Shown piece after piece: positions 1-9,709 of a stretch of DNA of 38,424 bases; within the stretch, counting starts at the first letter, position 1; each line of letters starts with the position of its first letter. The notes beneath the pieces are model-generated. The model saw only the letters and a list, made by a program, of their open reading frames with translations, did not search any database and was not told the origin of the DNA. Source of the DNA: Bacteroidota bacterium (GTDB taxonomy: Bacteria; Bacteroidota; Bacteroidia; UKL13-3); the NCBI GenBank assembly GCA_030699355.1, contig JAUYMZ010000407.1, positions 1-38,424 on the forward strand. The letters are read 5' to 3'. A program made the position numbers and the translations under genes.

Positions 1-1
1 A

Positions 2-181
2 AATTTAATTTCTGTTACCCTTCCCCGAGAAGATATAGCCAATATTGTTGGTACAGCTACCGAAACCGTTATCCGTTTATTGTCGGAGTTTAAGGGGGAT
101 AAGCTCATAGACATGGAAGGCAAAAAAATACGCATCTTAAATAAATCTGCCTTAGAGCGCATTTCGCATGCCTCTGTATAA
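2..181 (+). CDS. Crp/Fnr-family transcriptional regulator, C-terminal HTH (partial; 5' end lies outside the window)
   Basis: Hand translation of frame 2 gives NLISVTLPREDIANIVGTATETVIRLLSEFKGDKLIDMEGKKIRILN...*, a Crp HTH (REDIA..VGTATETVIR). It precedes the cbb3 cluster and is absent from the ORF track. Confidence 0.92.
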   Translation, partial: NLISVTLPREDIANIVGTATETVIRLLSEFKGDKLIDMEGKKIRILNKSALERISHASV

Positions 182-196
182 TCGGCTTTAGATTTA

Positions 197-263
197 CATG
201 ATATTTATCATGGCCAGTTTTGAGATTGGTCATGTTTTTGTTTAGCGTGCCTCATTATTTTTG
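197..263 (+). promoter_or_regulatory. Tandem FNR-like boxes plus Bacteroidota -7 element upstream of usp-ccoI-ccoS
   Basis: ATGAT-ATTT-ATCAT (198-211), TTGAG-ATTG-GTCAT (220-233) and TATTTTTG (256-263). The same spacing recurs upstream of ccoN. Confidence 0.75.
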
Positions 264-282
264 AAAATAAAATAATTGAGAC

Positions 283-1119
283 GTGGTAAGAAACATGCTT
301 TTATTAATGGATGGAACAACAGACGCAGAGCGTTTGTTAGATTGTTCTATCAAAATATTTCACAATCAACAAGATCATTTTAATGGCGCTTTTGTAGATG
401 GAATAAGTTCTAGCAACCTAAACAAAGTGTTTGATAGCAAGGCGCATTTAAGCAGTAGGTTTACGCGTTCAGAAATAATTGAAAAAATATTACATACCGA
501 TTTAAACAACAGCAATGAGTTTATAGATCGTTTTGTTAAAAAGTGCGAAGAGTTAAATCTGCGCACCAAAGTATTTATTGGCGAAGAAGAATCGAATGAT
601 GATTTGCTTAAAGAGAGTATGTTTAACGACTTATTCTTAATAGGAAAAGACATTTTTAGGAAGCCCAATGTTTCGCGTCAATCTTTTGATGCAATAGAAT
701 CGTTGATGCGCAATACCAAATGCCCTATTGTTCTTTTGTCTTGCGAGCAAGTTTCATTTCAAAACGTGGTATTAATCTATGACGGCAGTAAACGCTCCTT
801 CGATGCCATTAAATTATTTATGTATTTAATGAGTGATGCCATACAACAGAATAAACTTATTTTAAATGTGGTTGTAACCGATAATAGCTCTCAAAATGAA
901 AAAGGTGTTATCGATTATTTAAAAAATTATAAGCTTAATTTCTCTATCAATAGGGTATATCCAGAAAATTATTATACAGAGTTATTGAGTCTTTTGGTGA
1001 GTTTAAATTCGTTTTTACTGGTTACTGGGGTAAATAGAAACGATATTTTAGAAGACCTTATTTTTAATAAGGAAAACTCCTTTTTTATGCATGGACAACG
1101 TTCCATCTTTTTTGGATAG
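283..1119 (+). CDS. Universal stress protein (USP)-like, two-domain
   Basis: N-terminal 'NMLLLMDG', central 'DLFLIG...LMRNTKCPIVLL', second-domain 'NVVLIYDGSKRSFDAI'. Located in an FNR-type cluster; GTG start. Confidence 0.75.
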   Translation: MVRNMLLLMDGTTDAERLLDCSIKIFHNQQDHFNGAFVDGISSSNLNKVFDSKAHLSSRFTRSEIIEKILHTDLNNSNEFIDRFVKKCEELNLRTKVFIGEEESNDDLLKESMFNDLFLIGKDIFRKPNVSRQSFDAIESLMRNTKCPIVLLSCEQVSFQNVVLIYDGSKRSFDAIKLFMYLMSDAIQQNKLILNVVVTDNSSQNEKGVIDYLKNYKLNFSINRVYPENYYTELLSLLVSLNSFLLVTGVNRNDILEDLIFNKENSFFMHGQRSIFFG

Positions 1120-1123
1120 AGAC

Positions 1124-3544
1124 ATGGAATTAGTAGAAAAAAGAAAACAAACCAGCTGTTTTCATTGCGGAGATTCTATCTCTGGAAAAGCATTACTCTA
1201 CGATGAAAAAAGTTTTTGTTGTGCAGGGTGTGAGGGAGTGTATACTTTGTTATCGCAAAATAATTTATGCGATTATTATTCGATAGAGTCGGCACCTGGT
1301 TTAACACAAAAGAATCCTGTATCGGCTGTTAAATTTAATTATTTAGAGGATGCCCAAATACAGGCTCAGCTGATACAATATAGAGATGCCCAAATTTCGC
1401 GCATTACGTTTCACATGCCAACCATGCATTGCAGCAGCTGGATTTGGTTGTTAGAAAGTTTATATAAAATAAACAAAGGGGTTCAAAATTCTCGCGTAGA
1501 TTTTTTAAAGAAGCAGCTGAGTGTTACCTTTAATCATTCCATTATTAGTTTGCGCCAATTGGTAGAGTTGCTTAGTTCTTTAGGATATGAGCCCTCGCTA
1601 AACATGAACGATTTAACAGAAAAAAAGGTAGAACAATCGAACCGCAGGTTATTGTATCAAATGGGGGTTGCGGGCTTTGCCTTTGGAAACATCATGTTAA
1701 TTAGTTTTCCTGAGTATTTTGGTTTAGATAGTCTTTCTCACCATTCCTTTTCTCGTTTATTTGGATACTTAAATATGGTATTGGCAATACCTGTTTTTTT
1801 ATATGCCGCGCAAGATTATTTTATATCTGCGTATAAAAGTATCAAGCAAGGAATTATCAATATTGATTTTCCGCTTGCCCTAGGTATTGTTGTGATGTTT
1901 TTTAGAAGCTCATTTGAGGTTATTTCTCAAACGGGAATTGGTTTTTTTGATACCCTTGCCGGATTGGTTTTCTTTTTATTATTGGGTAAATGGGTTCAGC
2001 AGAGAACCATAGATACCTTATCCTTTGAGCGCGATTATACTTCCTATTTTCCGGTAGCCGTATCTGTAATTAAAGGCGAAATGGAAACTACGGTTCCCGT
2101 AACTCAACTGAATATTGGAGATAGAATTTTAATAAGAAACAACGAAATTATTCCTGCCGATGCCATATTACTTAAGGGCAACGCGCAAATAGATTTTAGT
2201 TTTGTTACAGGCGAAAACGATCCCATAGAAAAAGTGTATGGAGAAATTATTTACGCGGGTGGCCGACAAGTTGGTGGAAGCATAGAATTGGAAGTTTGTA
2301 AGAGTGTTTCGCAAAGTTATTTAACGCAGTTGTGGAATAGCGATCATTTTGCAAAAGCGGGCGAAAGTAAGATGCAATCTTTTCAATCGCTCGTAAGTAA
2401 ATATTTTACCATCGCCTTGTTGGCTTTGGCTTTTGGTTCAGCCATTTTTTGGCTTTGGTTCGACCCAAGTAAAAGTATGTCGGCATTTACGGCTGTTTTA
2501 ATTATAGCTTGTCCTTGTGCCTTGGCTTTATCTTCTCCATTTGCTTTAGGCAATGCCATGCGCATGTTGGGAAGGGCAAAGTTTTATTTAAAATCTCCGG
2601 GTGTTATAGAAAAAATGGCCAAGATAGACCATTTGGTTTTTGATAAAACAGGAACCTTAACACAAGCCACGGAGGCAAAAATTTCCTTTGAAGGCGAAAC
2701 GCTTTCAGCGCTTACTAAGCAGCAAATAGCCGCGCTGTGTATACATTCTGTGCATCCATTGAGCAAGCAAATTTTAAGTTATTTGGCTGTTTCTACTGAG
2801 GGCAAACGTATGGCAACAGATTTTACCGAAACAGTTGGTAAGGGTTTGCAAGCGCAGGTAGATGGGGTACCTGTTGTGGTTGGTTCAGCCCATTTTATTG
2901 CCTTGGCTGAACCAAATGTAAAAGGAGATTTGAATACTTCTGTGTATGTAAAAATTGCAGGGAAAGTGCTTGGCAGATTTGTGATTGCCAATGCCTACAG
3001 AGAAAATTTAGCTGAGGTATTGAGTGGTTTAAGTGCCGGACATAAATTAAGTTTATTAAGTGGTGATAATGATTCGGAGCGTGCGCGTTTGAGCAAGTAT
3101 TTTCCAGCGCAAGCCCAAATGCTTTTTGGGATGAGTCCTTCGGAGAAAATGTTGTACATACACCAATTAAAAGAGAATGGAGAGCATGTGGGCATGATTG
3201 GCGATGGTTTAAATGACGCAGGTGCTTTAAAGGTGGCCGATATTGGCATTTCGGTTTCAGAAAATACCGCTCATTTTACACCCAGTAGCGATGCCATTAT
3301 GGATGCCAGTTCTTTTGCTAAGCTGAACCAATTTTTTACCTATGCCAAAGGAACTTTAAAGGTAATTCACATCAGTTTTGTAATATCATTGATATATAAT
3401 TTGGTGGGTTTAAGCTTTGCCATACAAGGTGTTTTGTCTCCATTAATAGCTGCTATCTTAATGCCAATAAGCAGCATAAGTGTAATTGTTTTTACAACGG
3501 CAGCCACTTATATATTGGCACAAAAAAATAACCTATTTAAATAA
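1124..3544 (+). CDS. ccoI: Cu-translocating P1B-type ATPase for cbb3 assembly (CcoI/FixI)
   Basis: N-terminal CFHCG..FCCAGC, TGE, CPC, DKTGT, HP, GDGLND and YN/MPxSS motifs. ATG 1124 is preferred to 1091, which overlaps the USP gene. Confidence 0.93.
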   Translation: MELVEKRKQTSCFHCGDSISGKALLYDEKSFCCAGCEGVYTLLSQNNLCDYYSIESAPGLTQKNPVSAVKFNYLEDAQIQAQLIQYRDAQISRITFHMPTMHCSSWIWLLESLYKINKGVQNSRVDFLKKQLSVTFNHSIISLRQLVELLSSLGYEPSLNMNDLTEKKVEQSNRRLLYQMGVAGFAFGNIMLISFPEYFGLDSLSHHSFSRLFGYLNMVLAIPVFLYAAQDYFISAYKSIKQGIINIDFPLALGIVVMFFRSSFEVISQTGIGFFDTLAGLVFFLLLGKWVQQRTIDTLSFERDYTSYFPVAVSVIKGEMETTVPVTQLNIGDRILIRNNEIIPADAILLKGNAQIDFSFVTGENDPIEKVYGEIIYAGGRQVGGSIELEVCKSVSQSYLTQLWNSDHFAKAGESKMQSFQSLVSKYFTIALLALAFGSAIFWLWFDPSKSMSAFTAVLIIACPCALALSSPFALGNAMRMLGRAKFYLKSPGVIEKMAKIDHLVFDKTGTLTQATEAKISFEGETLSALTKQQIAALCIHSVHPLSKQILSYLAVSTEGKRMATDFTETVGKGLQAQVDGVPVVVGSAHFIALAEPNVKGDLNTSVYVKIAGKVLGRFVIANAYRENLAEVLSGLSAGHKLSLLSGDNDSERARLSKYFPAQAQMLFGMSPSEKMLYIHQLKENGEHVGMIGDGLNDAGALKVADIGISVSENTAHFTPSSDAIMDASSFAKLNQFFTYAKGTLKVIHISFVISLIYNLVGLSFAIQGVLSPLIAAILMPISSISVIVFTTAATYILAQKNNLFK

Positions 3545-3550
3545 TCGTAT

Positions 3551-3757
3551 ATGAATATCATTTTTATGTTGATTGGGGTAAGTCTTTTAATGGCTTTGGG
3601 ATTCTTACTTGCCTTTGTGTGGTCTGTTAAAAGCGGACAAATGGAGGATGATTATACCCCTTCTGTTCGCATGTTGTTTGAGGATAAACCGCTATCTACA
3701 GAATTGAGCGCAAATAACGAAAAAATAAATGCTGATAAAAGTCAGCCTGAATTATAA
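3551..3757 (+). CDS. ccoS: cbb3 oxidase maturation protein CcoS/FixS
   Basis: Single TM helix followed by FVWSVKSGQMEDDYTPSVRMLFED. Confidence 0.93.
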   Translation: MNIIFMLIGVSLLMALGFLLAFVWSVKSGQMEDDYTPSVRMLFEDKPLSTELSANNEKINADKSQPEL

Positions 3758-3797
3758 GTTATGTCATTTTTCTGTCTGGAATACGACAATATTTTTG
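3731..3797 (+). promoter_or_regulatory. Tandem FNR-like boxes plus -7 element of the ccoNOQP promoter (overlaps the ccoS 3' end)
   Basis: CTGAT-AAAA-GTCAG (3732-3745), ATAAG-TTAT-GTCAT (3754-3767) and TATTTTTG (3790-3797). Confidence 0.72.
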
Positions 3798-3822
3798 GTA
3801 CATCAAAATCAAACAAGAATCT

Positions 3823-5952
3823 ATGCAAGTTGAAAACTTTAACTACGACAACCGGGTAGTCCGGAACTTCATTATAGCCTCAGTAATCTTTGGCGTAGTG
3901 GGTATGTTGGTGGGCTTAATTGCAGCAATACAGCTCTATTACCCTGCCTTCAATTTTAATTTACCTTATACCTCTTTTGGTAGAATAAGGCCATTACATA
4001 CCAATGCAGTTATTTTTGCCTTTGTGGGTAATGCTATTTTTGCGGGAGTATATTACTCTCTTCAACGTTTATGCAAGGCCAGGTTATTCAGCGATTTCTT
4101 AAGTAATTTTCACTTTTGGGGTTGGCAGTTAATTATTCTTGCGGCAGCCATTACGCTTCCTTTAGGATTAACAACTTCTAAAGAATATGCAGAATTAGAA
4201 TGGCCAATAGATATTGCTATTGCTTTGGTTTGGGTGGCTTTTGGTGCGAATATGATTGGTACTATTATTAAACGCAGAGAGCGTCATATGTATGTAGCTA
4301 TCTGGTTTTATTTGGCTACCTTTATTACTGTTGCGGTATTACATATTGTAAATTCATTTGAATTACCAGTAAGTTTGTTTAAAAGCTACTCGGCCTACGC
4401 AGGTGTGCAAGATGCTTTGGTACAATGGTGGTACGGACATAATGCGGTGGCGTTTTTCTTAACTACGCCTTACCTGGGTATGATGTACTATTACTTACCA
4501 AAAGCAGTTAACCGTCCGGTTTATTCGTATAAATTATCTATTTTACACTTTTGGACATTAATCTTTTTATACATTTGGGCTGGTCCGCATCACTTGTTAT
4601 ATTCTAGCTTACCAGATTGGGCGCAGTCTTTAGGTGTGGTATTTTCTATTATGTTAATTGCTCCATCTTGGGGTGGTATGATTAATGGATTATTAACTTT
4701 AAGAGGTGCTTGGGATAGGGTAAGAGATGAGCCAGTTTTAAAGTTTTTTGCCGTGGGTGTAACTGCTTATGGTATGGCTACTTTTGAAGGTCCGTTATTA
4801 AGTTTAAAGAATGTGAATGCCATTGCGCACTTTACAGATTGGATAGTTGCCCACGTACATACAGGCGCTTTGGGATGGAACGGATTAATGACATTTGGTA
4901 TTTTCTATTGGTTGGTTCCTAAAATTTATGGTACTAATTTATATTCAAAATCTTTGGCTAATACCCATTTCTGGATTTCAACTTTAGGTATATTGTTCTA
5001 TGCTATTCCAATGTATTGGAGTGGATTTGCTCAAGGTATGATGTGGAAAGAGTTTTTACCAGAAGGGATGTTAAAGTATCCTAACTTTTTAGAAACAACC
5101 CTACAGGTAATTCCAATGCACATGATGCGCTCTATTGGTGGTACATTGTTCTTAAGTGGTTTGTTTGTTATGATTTATAACTTAATGAAAACTGCGGCTA
5201 TGGGCAAGTTAATTGCAAATGAAGCAGCATCTGCTCCAGCCTTAGAAAAAGAATATGTAGCAGAGGGTGCAAATAAATACTGGCACAAAGTTTTTGAACG
5301 TAAACCAGTAACTTTTGCTGTATTAACTGTAGTGGCTGTTTTAATTGGGGGTATGGTAGAAATTATTCCTATGTTAACCATTAAATCAAATGTAATTACC
5401 ATTAGCAGTGTTAAACCTTATACTCCATTAGAGTTACAAGGAAGAGATATTTATATTAAAGAGGGTTGCGTTGGCTGTCACTCACAAATGATTAGACCAT
5501 TTAGAAGTGAAACTGAGCGTTATGGCGAGTATTCTAAATCGGGCGAGTATGTATATGACCATCCGTTCTTATGGGGCTCTAAACGTACCGGACCAGATTT
5601 AATGCGCTTAGGTGGCAAGTATCCAGATAGCTGGCATTATAATCACATGATTGATCCTAGGTCTATGTCGCCAGGTTCTATTATGCCTGCTTATCCTTGG
5701 TTAGCAGAAAATGATTTGAACACCAGCAATACCGCCGATAAAATTAATGCCATGCGTACCTTAGGTGTTCCTTACGAAAAAGGTTTTGAAAGGGAAGCAG
5801 AAGCACATTTGATGGCTCAGGCTAAAAAGATTGCAGATGGCTTAACCAAAGAAGGATATCCTGTTGAGGCCAATAAAGAAATTATCGCTTTAATAGCCTA
5901 CATGCAAAGACTAGGTACCGATATCAAATTAAATAATACAGCAAGTAAATAA
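3823..5952 (+). CDS. ccoN: cbb3-type cytochrome c oxidase fused subunit I/II (CcoNO)
   Basis: RPLHTNAV, QWWYGHNAV, WAGPHH and AHVH heme/Cu ligands. C-terminal CcoO domain with CVGCH, GSKRTGPDL and SIMP. Confidence 0.97.
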   Translation: MQVENFNYDNRVVRNFIIASVIFGVVGMLVGLIAAIQLYYPAFNFNLPYTSFGRIRPLHTNAVIFAFVGNAIFAGVYYSLQRLCKARLFSDFLSNFHFWGWQLIILAAAITLPLGLTTSKEYAELEWPIDIAIALVWVAFGANMIGTIIKRRERHMYVAIWFYLATFITVAVLHIVNSFELPVSLFKSYSAYAGVQDALVQWWYGHNAVAFFLTTPYLGMMYYYLPKAVNRPVYSYKLSILHFWTLIFLYIWAGPHHLLYSSLPDWAQSLGVVFSIMLIAPSWGGMINGLLTLRGAWDRVRDEPVLKFFAVGVTAYGMATFEGPLLSLKNVNAIAHFTDWIVAHVHTGALGWNGLMTFGIFYWLVPKIYGTNLYSKSLANTHFWISTLGILFYAIPMYWSGFAQGMMWKEFLPEGMLKYPNFLETTLQVIPMHMMRSIGGTLFLSGLFVMIYNLMKTAAMGKLIANEAASAPALEKEYVAEGANKYWHKVFERKPVTFAVLTVVAVLIGGMVEIIPMLTIKSNVITISSVKPYTPLELQGRDIYIKEGCVGCHSQMIRPFRSETERYGEYSKSGEYVYDHPFLWGSKRTGPDLMRLGGKYPDSWHYNHMIDPRSMSPGSIMPAYPWLAENDLNTSNTADKINAMRTLGVPYEKGFEREAEAHLMAQAKKIADGLTKEGYPVEANKEIIALIAYMQRLGTDIKLNNTASK

Positions 5953-5959
5953 TAATATT

Positions 5960-6121
5960 ATGTTCAAACAACATATTCAAAGCATGGTGGGAATTGAATC
6001 AGGATACCTGATATTTTCACTCATCGTTTTTCTTTCGTTTTTTCTAGGAGTTCTTTGGTGGGTGGTAAAAGCGGATAAGAAATATATCAAGGATATGGAA
6101 CAAAAACCATTTGAAAATTAA
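5960..6121 (+). CDS. ccoQ: cbb3 oxidase subunit CcoQ (53 aa, not in the ORF track)
   Basis: Hand translation: MFKQHIQSMVGIESGYLIFSLIVFLSFFLGVLWWVVKADKKYIKDMEQKPFEN*. One TM helix, located between ccoNO and ccoP. Confidence 0.88.
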   Translation: MFKQHIQSMVGIESGYLIFSLIVFLSFFLGVLWWVVKADKKYIKDMEQKPFEN

Positions 6122-6125
6122 AATT

Positions 6126-7010
6126 ATGATGAAGCATAAATTAGTTTCTGTGTCGGCTTTTCTTTTATTAGCTAGCACAATATCTGCACAAACTGGCAGT
6201 ATTGCCGCAGCAGAACCATCTATTATTGGCTTATCAAGTATATTGATAGCTGTGAATGTAGTTCTTCTTGTATTTGTATTATTCTTATTGGGTACATTAA
6301 CTTCTGCTATCCAAAGATTACGCTCAGGAGAAACAGAAAAAGTTCAATTAAGTTGGTGGGATAGGTTTGCTGCCCTTAAATCTGATAAAACAGAAGAAGA
6401 ACTTAGATTGGATGAGGATTATGATGGCATTCATGAATTGGATAATCCAACGCCGCCTTGGTTCAACTTTATATTCTATACGTCTATTATTGCTGCAGTA
6501 TTGTATTTATTAAACTACCATGTTTTAAAAATTGGTAACTTACAAGAAGCAGAATATACCGCCGAAGTTGCCCAATCTAAAGCTGAAGTGGATGCTTATT
6601 TAAAAACTTCTGGTAACCAAGTAGACGAGAATAATGTGCAGTATATTACCGATACCAAAGTTTTGGCAGAGGCCCAAACCATGTATGCAGAAAAATGTGC
6701 TGTTTGTCATTTAGCCGATGGTGGGGGCGTGGTTGGTCCAAACCTTACCGATGCTTATTGGTTGCATGGTGGAGATATTCAATCTATCTTTAAAACCATT
6801 AAATACGGTGTTCCTGCCAAAGGGATGATAGCTTGGCAAAATACCTATAGTGGCAAACAAATGGAAGCTTTAGCTTCTTATGTAAAATCTTTACAAGGCA
6901 CTAAACCTGCTGTTGCAAAAGAACCGCAAGGAGAGTTATACAATGAAGGGGGTGCTGTTGCAGCAGATTCTACTGCTACCACTGCCATGGTTTCTGAATC
7001 TTCAAAATAA
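6126..7010 (+). CDS. ccoP: cbb3 oxidase subunit III (CcoP), monoheme
   Basis: YDGIHELDNPTPPW N-terminal motif, CAVCH, GPNLTD and KGMIAW. Confidence 0.94.
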   Translation: MMKHKLVSVSAFLLLASTISAQTGSIAAAEPSIIGLSSILIAVNVVLLVFVLFLLGTLTSAIQRLRSGETEKVQLSWWDRFAALKSDKTEEELRLDEDYDGIHELDNPTPPWFNFIFYTSIIAAVLYLLNYHVLKIGNLQEAEYTAEVAQSKAEVDAYLKTSGNQVDENNVQYITDTKVLAEAQTMYAEKCAVCHLADGGGVVGPNLTDAYWLHGGDIQSIFKTIKYGVPAKGMIAWQNTYSGKQMEALASYVKSLQGTKPAVAKEPQGELYNEGGAVAADSTATTAMVSESSK

Positions 7011-7030
7011 AATAATGAGAATTCAATTGT

Positions 7031-7078
7031 AAAAGTTTGGTGGTTTGCAGAAAAAAAGCAAACCACCAAACTTTTTTT
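7031..7078 (+). terminator. Intrinsic terminator or stabilising hairpin between ccoP and ccoG
   Basis: Perfect 18-bp inverted repeat AAAAGTTTGGTGGTTTGC (7031-7048) / GCAAACCACCAAACTTTT (7058-7075) ending in a T-run. Confidence 0.75.
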
Positions 7079-7090
7079 AATTATACGCAC

Positions 7091-8503
7091 ATGAATGAAG
7101 CAAGCAAAATAGCCGATGAACATTTTAGGGATGAATTAGGCAATGTAGATAAAAAGGGTAAACGTTTATGGATTTTCCCTAAAAAACCGAAAGGGCAATT
7201 CTACAATTATAGAACTTGGTTTAGCTGGTTTTTAATGGTATTAATGTTTAGTGGTCCCTTTTTAAAATTTGAGGGTAAGCCGCTTCTTTTATTAAATGTT
7301 TTAGAAAGAAAGTTTATCGTTTTTGGAATGGTTTTTTGGCCGCAAGACCTCAATCTGTTCGCTATTCTAATGCTTTCTTTTGTGCTGTTTATTGTTTTAT
7401 TTACAGTTCTTTTTGGCCGGGTTTGGTGCGGTTGGGCCTGCCCTCAAACCATATTTATGGAAATGCTCTTTCGTAAAATTGAGTATTTTATTGATGGCGA
7501 TTATATCCAACAAAAAAAGTTGGCTAACCAAGATTGGAACACAGAAAAAATAACCAAACGTGCCATTAAACATATTTTGTTTTGGATTTTATCTTTTGTA
7601 ATTGCCAACACATTTTTAGGATATATTATTGGCATAGACCAACTCAAATTATTAGTAACCGACGGGCTTTTTGCGCATGTAGGTAAACTTACTTCTTTGT
7701 TGATTTTTACTACTGTTTTCTATTTTGTTTTTGCCCACCTGCGCGAATTGGTGTGTATTTTCATCTGCCCTTATGGTCGCTTACAAGGACTCATGCTCGA
7801 TAAAAATTCGATGGTGGTGGCTTACGATTTTGTACGTGGCGAACCCCGCGGAAAAATGAAAAAAGAGGAGGTAAATACCCATGGCGATTGCATAGATTGT
7901 AAATTGTGTGTGAACGTTTGTCCTACCGGCATCGATATCAGAAATGGTACTCAATTAGAATGTATTAATTGCACCGCTTGTATTGATGCCTGCGATGAAG
8001 TAATGCTTAAAATTGAAAAGCCAAAAGGGCTTATTCGTTTTGCTTCTTTAAATAATATTACAGAGGGTAAAAAGCTCGGTTTGAACCTAAGAAATGGTGC
8101 TTATACCGTTGTATTGATGGGCTTGTTGAGTGTGTTCTTTTATATGCTAATTACCAGAAAACAGATTGAAACAACGCTGCTAAGAACGCCCGGAATGTTG
8201 TTTCAAAAACAAGCAGATGGTAAAATTAGCAACCTGTACAGCATTGAGTTTGTAAATAAAACTTTTGATGAACTTCCTATAGAATTAAAATTGATTGAAC
8301 CCAAAGGTGAAATAAAATTGATTGATGGCGAAAAAGTAATAGTGCACAAAGAAAGTATTGGTAAAACTTCATTCTTTTTAGTGCGAGATGCCAAAGAAAT
8401 TACTAAAATTGCAACACCGGTAGTTATTGAGGTTTCGAGTAATGGAAAGTTAATAGAAACCATGAAATCTTCTTTTAATGGGCCGGTAACACAAGGAGAA
8501 TAA
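7091..8503 (+). CDS. ccoG: cbb3 accessory 4Fe-4S protein CcoG/FixG
   Basis: GRVWCGWACPQT, CPYGRLQ, CIDCKLCVNVCPTGIDIR and CINCTACIDAC. ATG 7091 is preferred because the GTG at 7037 lies in the hairpin. Confidence 0.95.
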   Translation: MNEASKIADEHFRDELGNVDKKGKRLWIFPKKPKGQFYNYRTWFSWFLMVLMFSGPFLKFEGKPLLLLNVLERKFIVFGMVFWPQDLNLFAILMLSFVLFIVLFTVLFGRVWCGWACPQTIFMEMLFRKIEYFIDGDYIQQKKLANQDWNTEKITKRAIKHILFWILSFVIANTFLGYIIGIDQLKLLVTDGLFAHVGKLTSLLIFTTVFYFVFAHLRELVCIFICPYGRLQGLMLDKNSMVVAYDFVRGEPRGKMKKEEVNTHGDCIDCKLCVNVCPTGIDIRNGTQLECINCTACIDACDEVMLKIEKPKGLIRFASLNNITEGKKLGLNLRNGAYTVVLMGLLSVFFYMLITRKQIETTLLRTPGMLFQKQADGKISNLYSIEFVNKTFDELPIELKLIEPKGEIKLIDGEKVIVHKESIGKTSFFLVRDAKEITKIATPVVIEVSSNGKLIETMKSSFNGPVTQGE

Positions 8504-8508
8504 AAAGT

Positions 8509-8928
8509 ATGAAATTAAATTGGGGTGGCAAATTGTTCATTTTTGCACTTATGTTTATGATTTTTGTAGTAAGCATGGTGGTGGTAATCTCTAAACAAGA
8601 TATGCCTTTGGTAGAACAAGATTATTATGAGCGTGGGCAGAATTATCAAAAGGAAATAGATAACAATGCCAATATGGATACCACTGTTCAAATGAATGTT
8701 GTTGGAAATACACTGGAAGTTTATGCTTCAGCATCTATACCTAATGCTAAGATTAAATTTTATCGTCCGTCTAATTCAGAGCTAGATAAAAACTTTTCAA
8801 CTCAATTAATGGGGGGTAAAAAAGAAGTATACGATTTATCGAACCTAGATAAAGGAAAATGGGTGCTCTCTGTTGTTTGGATGCGGGCAGACAAGGAATA
8901 TAAATTAACGCGCGACTTCGAACGTTAA
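8509..8928 (+). CDS. ccoH: FixH/CcoH-family protein
   Basis: MKLNWG, a TM helix, LVEQDYYE and FYRPSN..LD; follows ccoG. Confidence 0.88.
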   Translation: MKLNWGGKLFIFALMFMIFVVSMVVVISKQDMPLVEQDYYERGQNYQKEIDNNANMDTTVQMNVVGNTLEVYASASIPNAKIKFYRPSNSELDKNFSTQLMGGKKEVYDLSNLDKGKWVLSVVWMRADKEYKLTRDFER

Positions 8929-9617
8929 TGTTATTTCTTACCGCATTTTTAACAGGCTTGTTTGGGAGCTTTCATTGTGCCGGTATGTGCGGCCCAATTG
9001 CCTTTGCTTTGCCTGGCAGTAAAGACCAAGGCTTCCTGTTTTACCTGGGCCGACTATTATACAATTTTGGTCGTATTCAAAGTTATGCCCTGTTAGGTTT
9101 AGTTTCTGGAGCTTTTGGCTTAGGCGTTAAATTGGCTGGGGTGCAGCAAGGTTTAAGTATAAGCATTGGTGTGCTTATTATACTCTCTGTTGGGTATTCG
9201 TATGGGATTAAAAAGGGGAGGGGATTTACTTTATTTTCTCTTTTATCCGGTAAATTCATTCAAAAATTGTTTCAAACCAAAAGTGTTTTTGCGCCTTATT
9301 TCATTGGTGTTTTAAACGGCTTTTTGCCATGTGGTTTTGTGTACATAGCCATTTTGGGTGCCACGGTTACCCAAAATGTTTGGGATGGCGCTTTATTTAT
9401 GGCTTGTTTTGGTTTAGGAACTTTGCCCATGATGTACGGAGTTTCTGTTATTGGCCAATTTTTAAGTCAGAAAATGCGCAGTAGTTTGGTCAAATTAAGT
9501 CCAGTTTTTGCCATTCTTATTGCTTTGTTATTTATCCTCCGCGGATTAAATTTAGGAATCCCTTATGTAAGTCCCAAATTGGTTCAGCCCAATGCCAACA
9601 TAGAAAACTGCGAATAA
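8928..9617 (+). CDS. DsbD_2 / TauE-SafE-like membrane protein (cbb3 assembly)
   Basis: GSFHCAGMCGPI, YNFGRI, LNGFLPCGFVY and FGLGTLP motifs. Confidence 0.88.
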   Translation: MLFLTAFLTGLFGSFHCAGMCGPIAFALPGSKDQGFLFYLGRLLYNFGRIQSYALLGLVSGAFGLGVKLAGVQQGLSISIGVLIILSVGYSYGIKKGRGFTLFSLLSGKFIQKLFQTKSVFAPYFIGVLNGFLPCGFVYIAILGATVTQNVWDGALFMACFGLGTLPMMYGVSVIGQFLSQKMRSSLVKLSPVFAILIALLFILRGLNLGIPYVSPKLVQPNANIENCE

Positions 9618-9709
9618 TATTACCTGTATTTGGTTTACATACAGAACTTCTATTACTTTACGCGCTCAAATGATGGATTTTGTGGCTTTAAATACTAATT
9701 TATTTTTAC

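Noticed and set aside
3823-7010. ccoN-ccoO fusion and monoheme CcoP as novelties
   Set aside because: Both are standard in Bacteroidota cbb3 operons.
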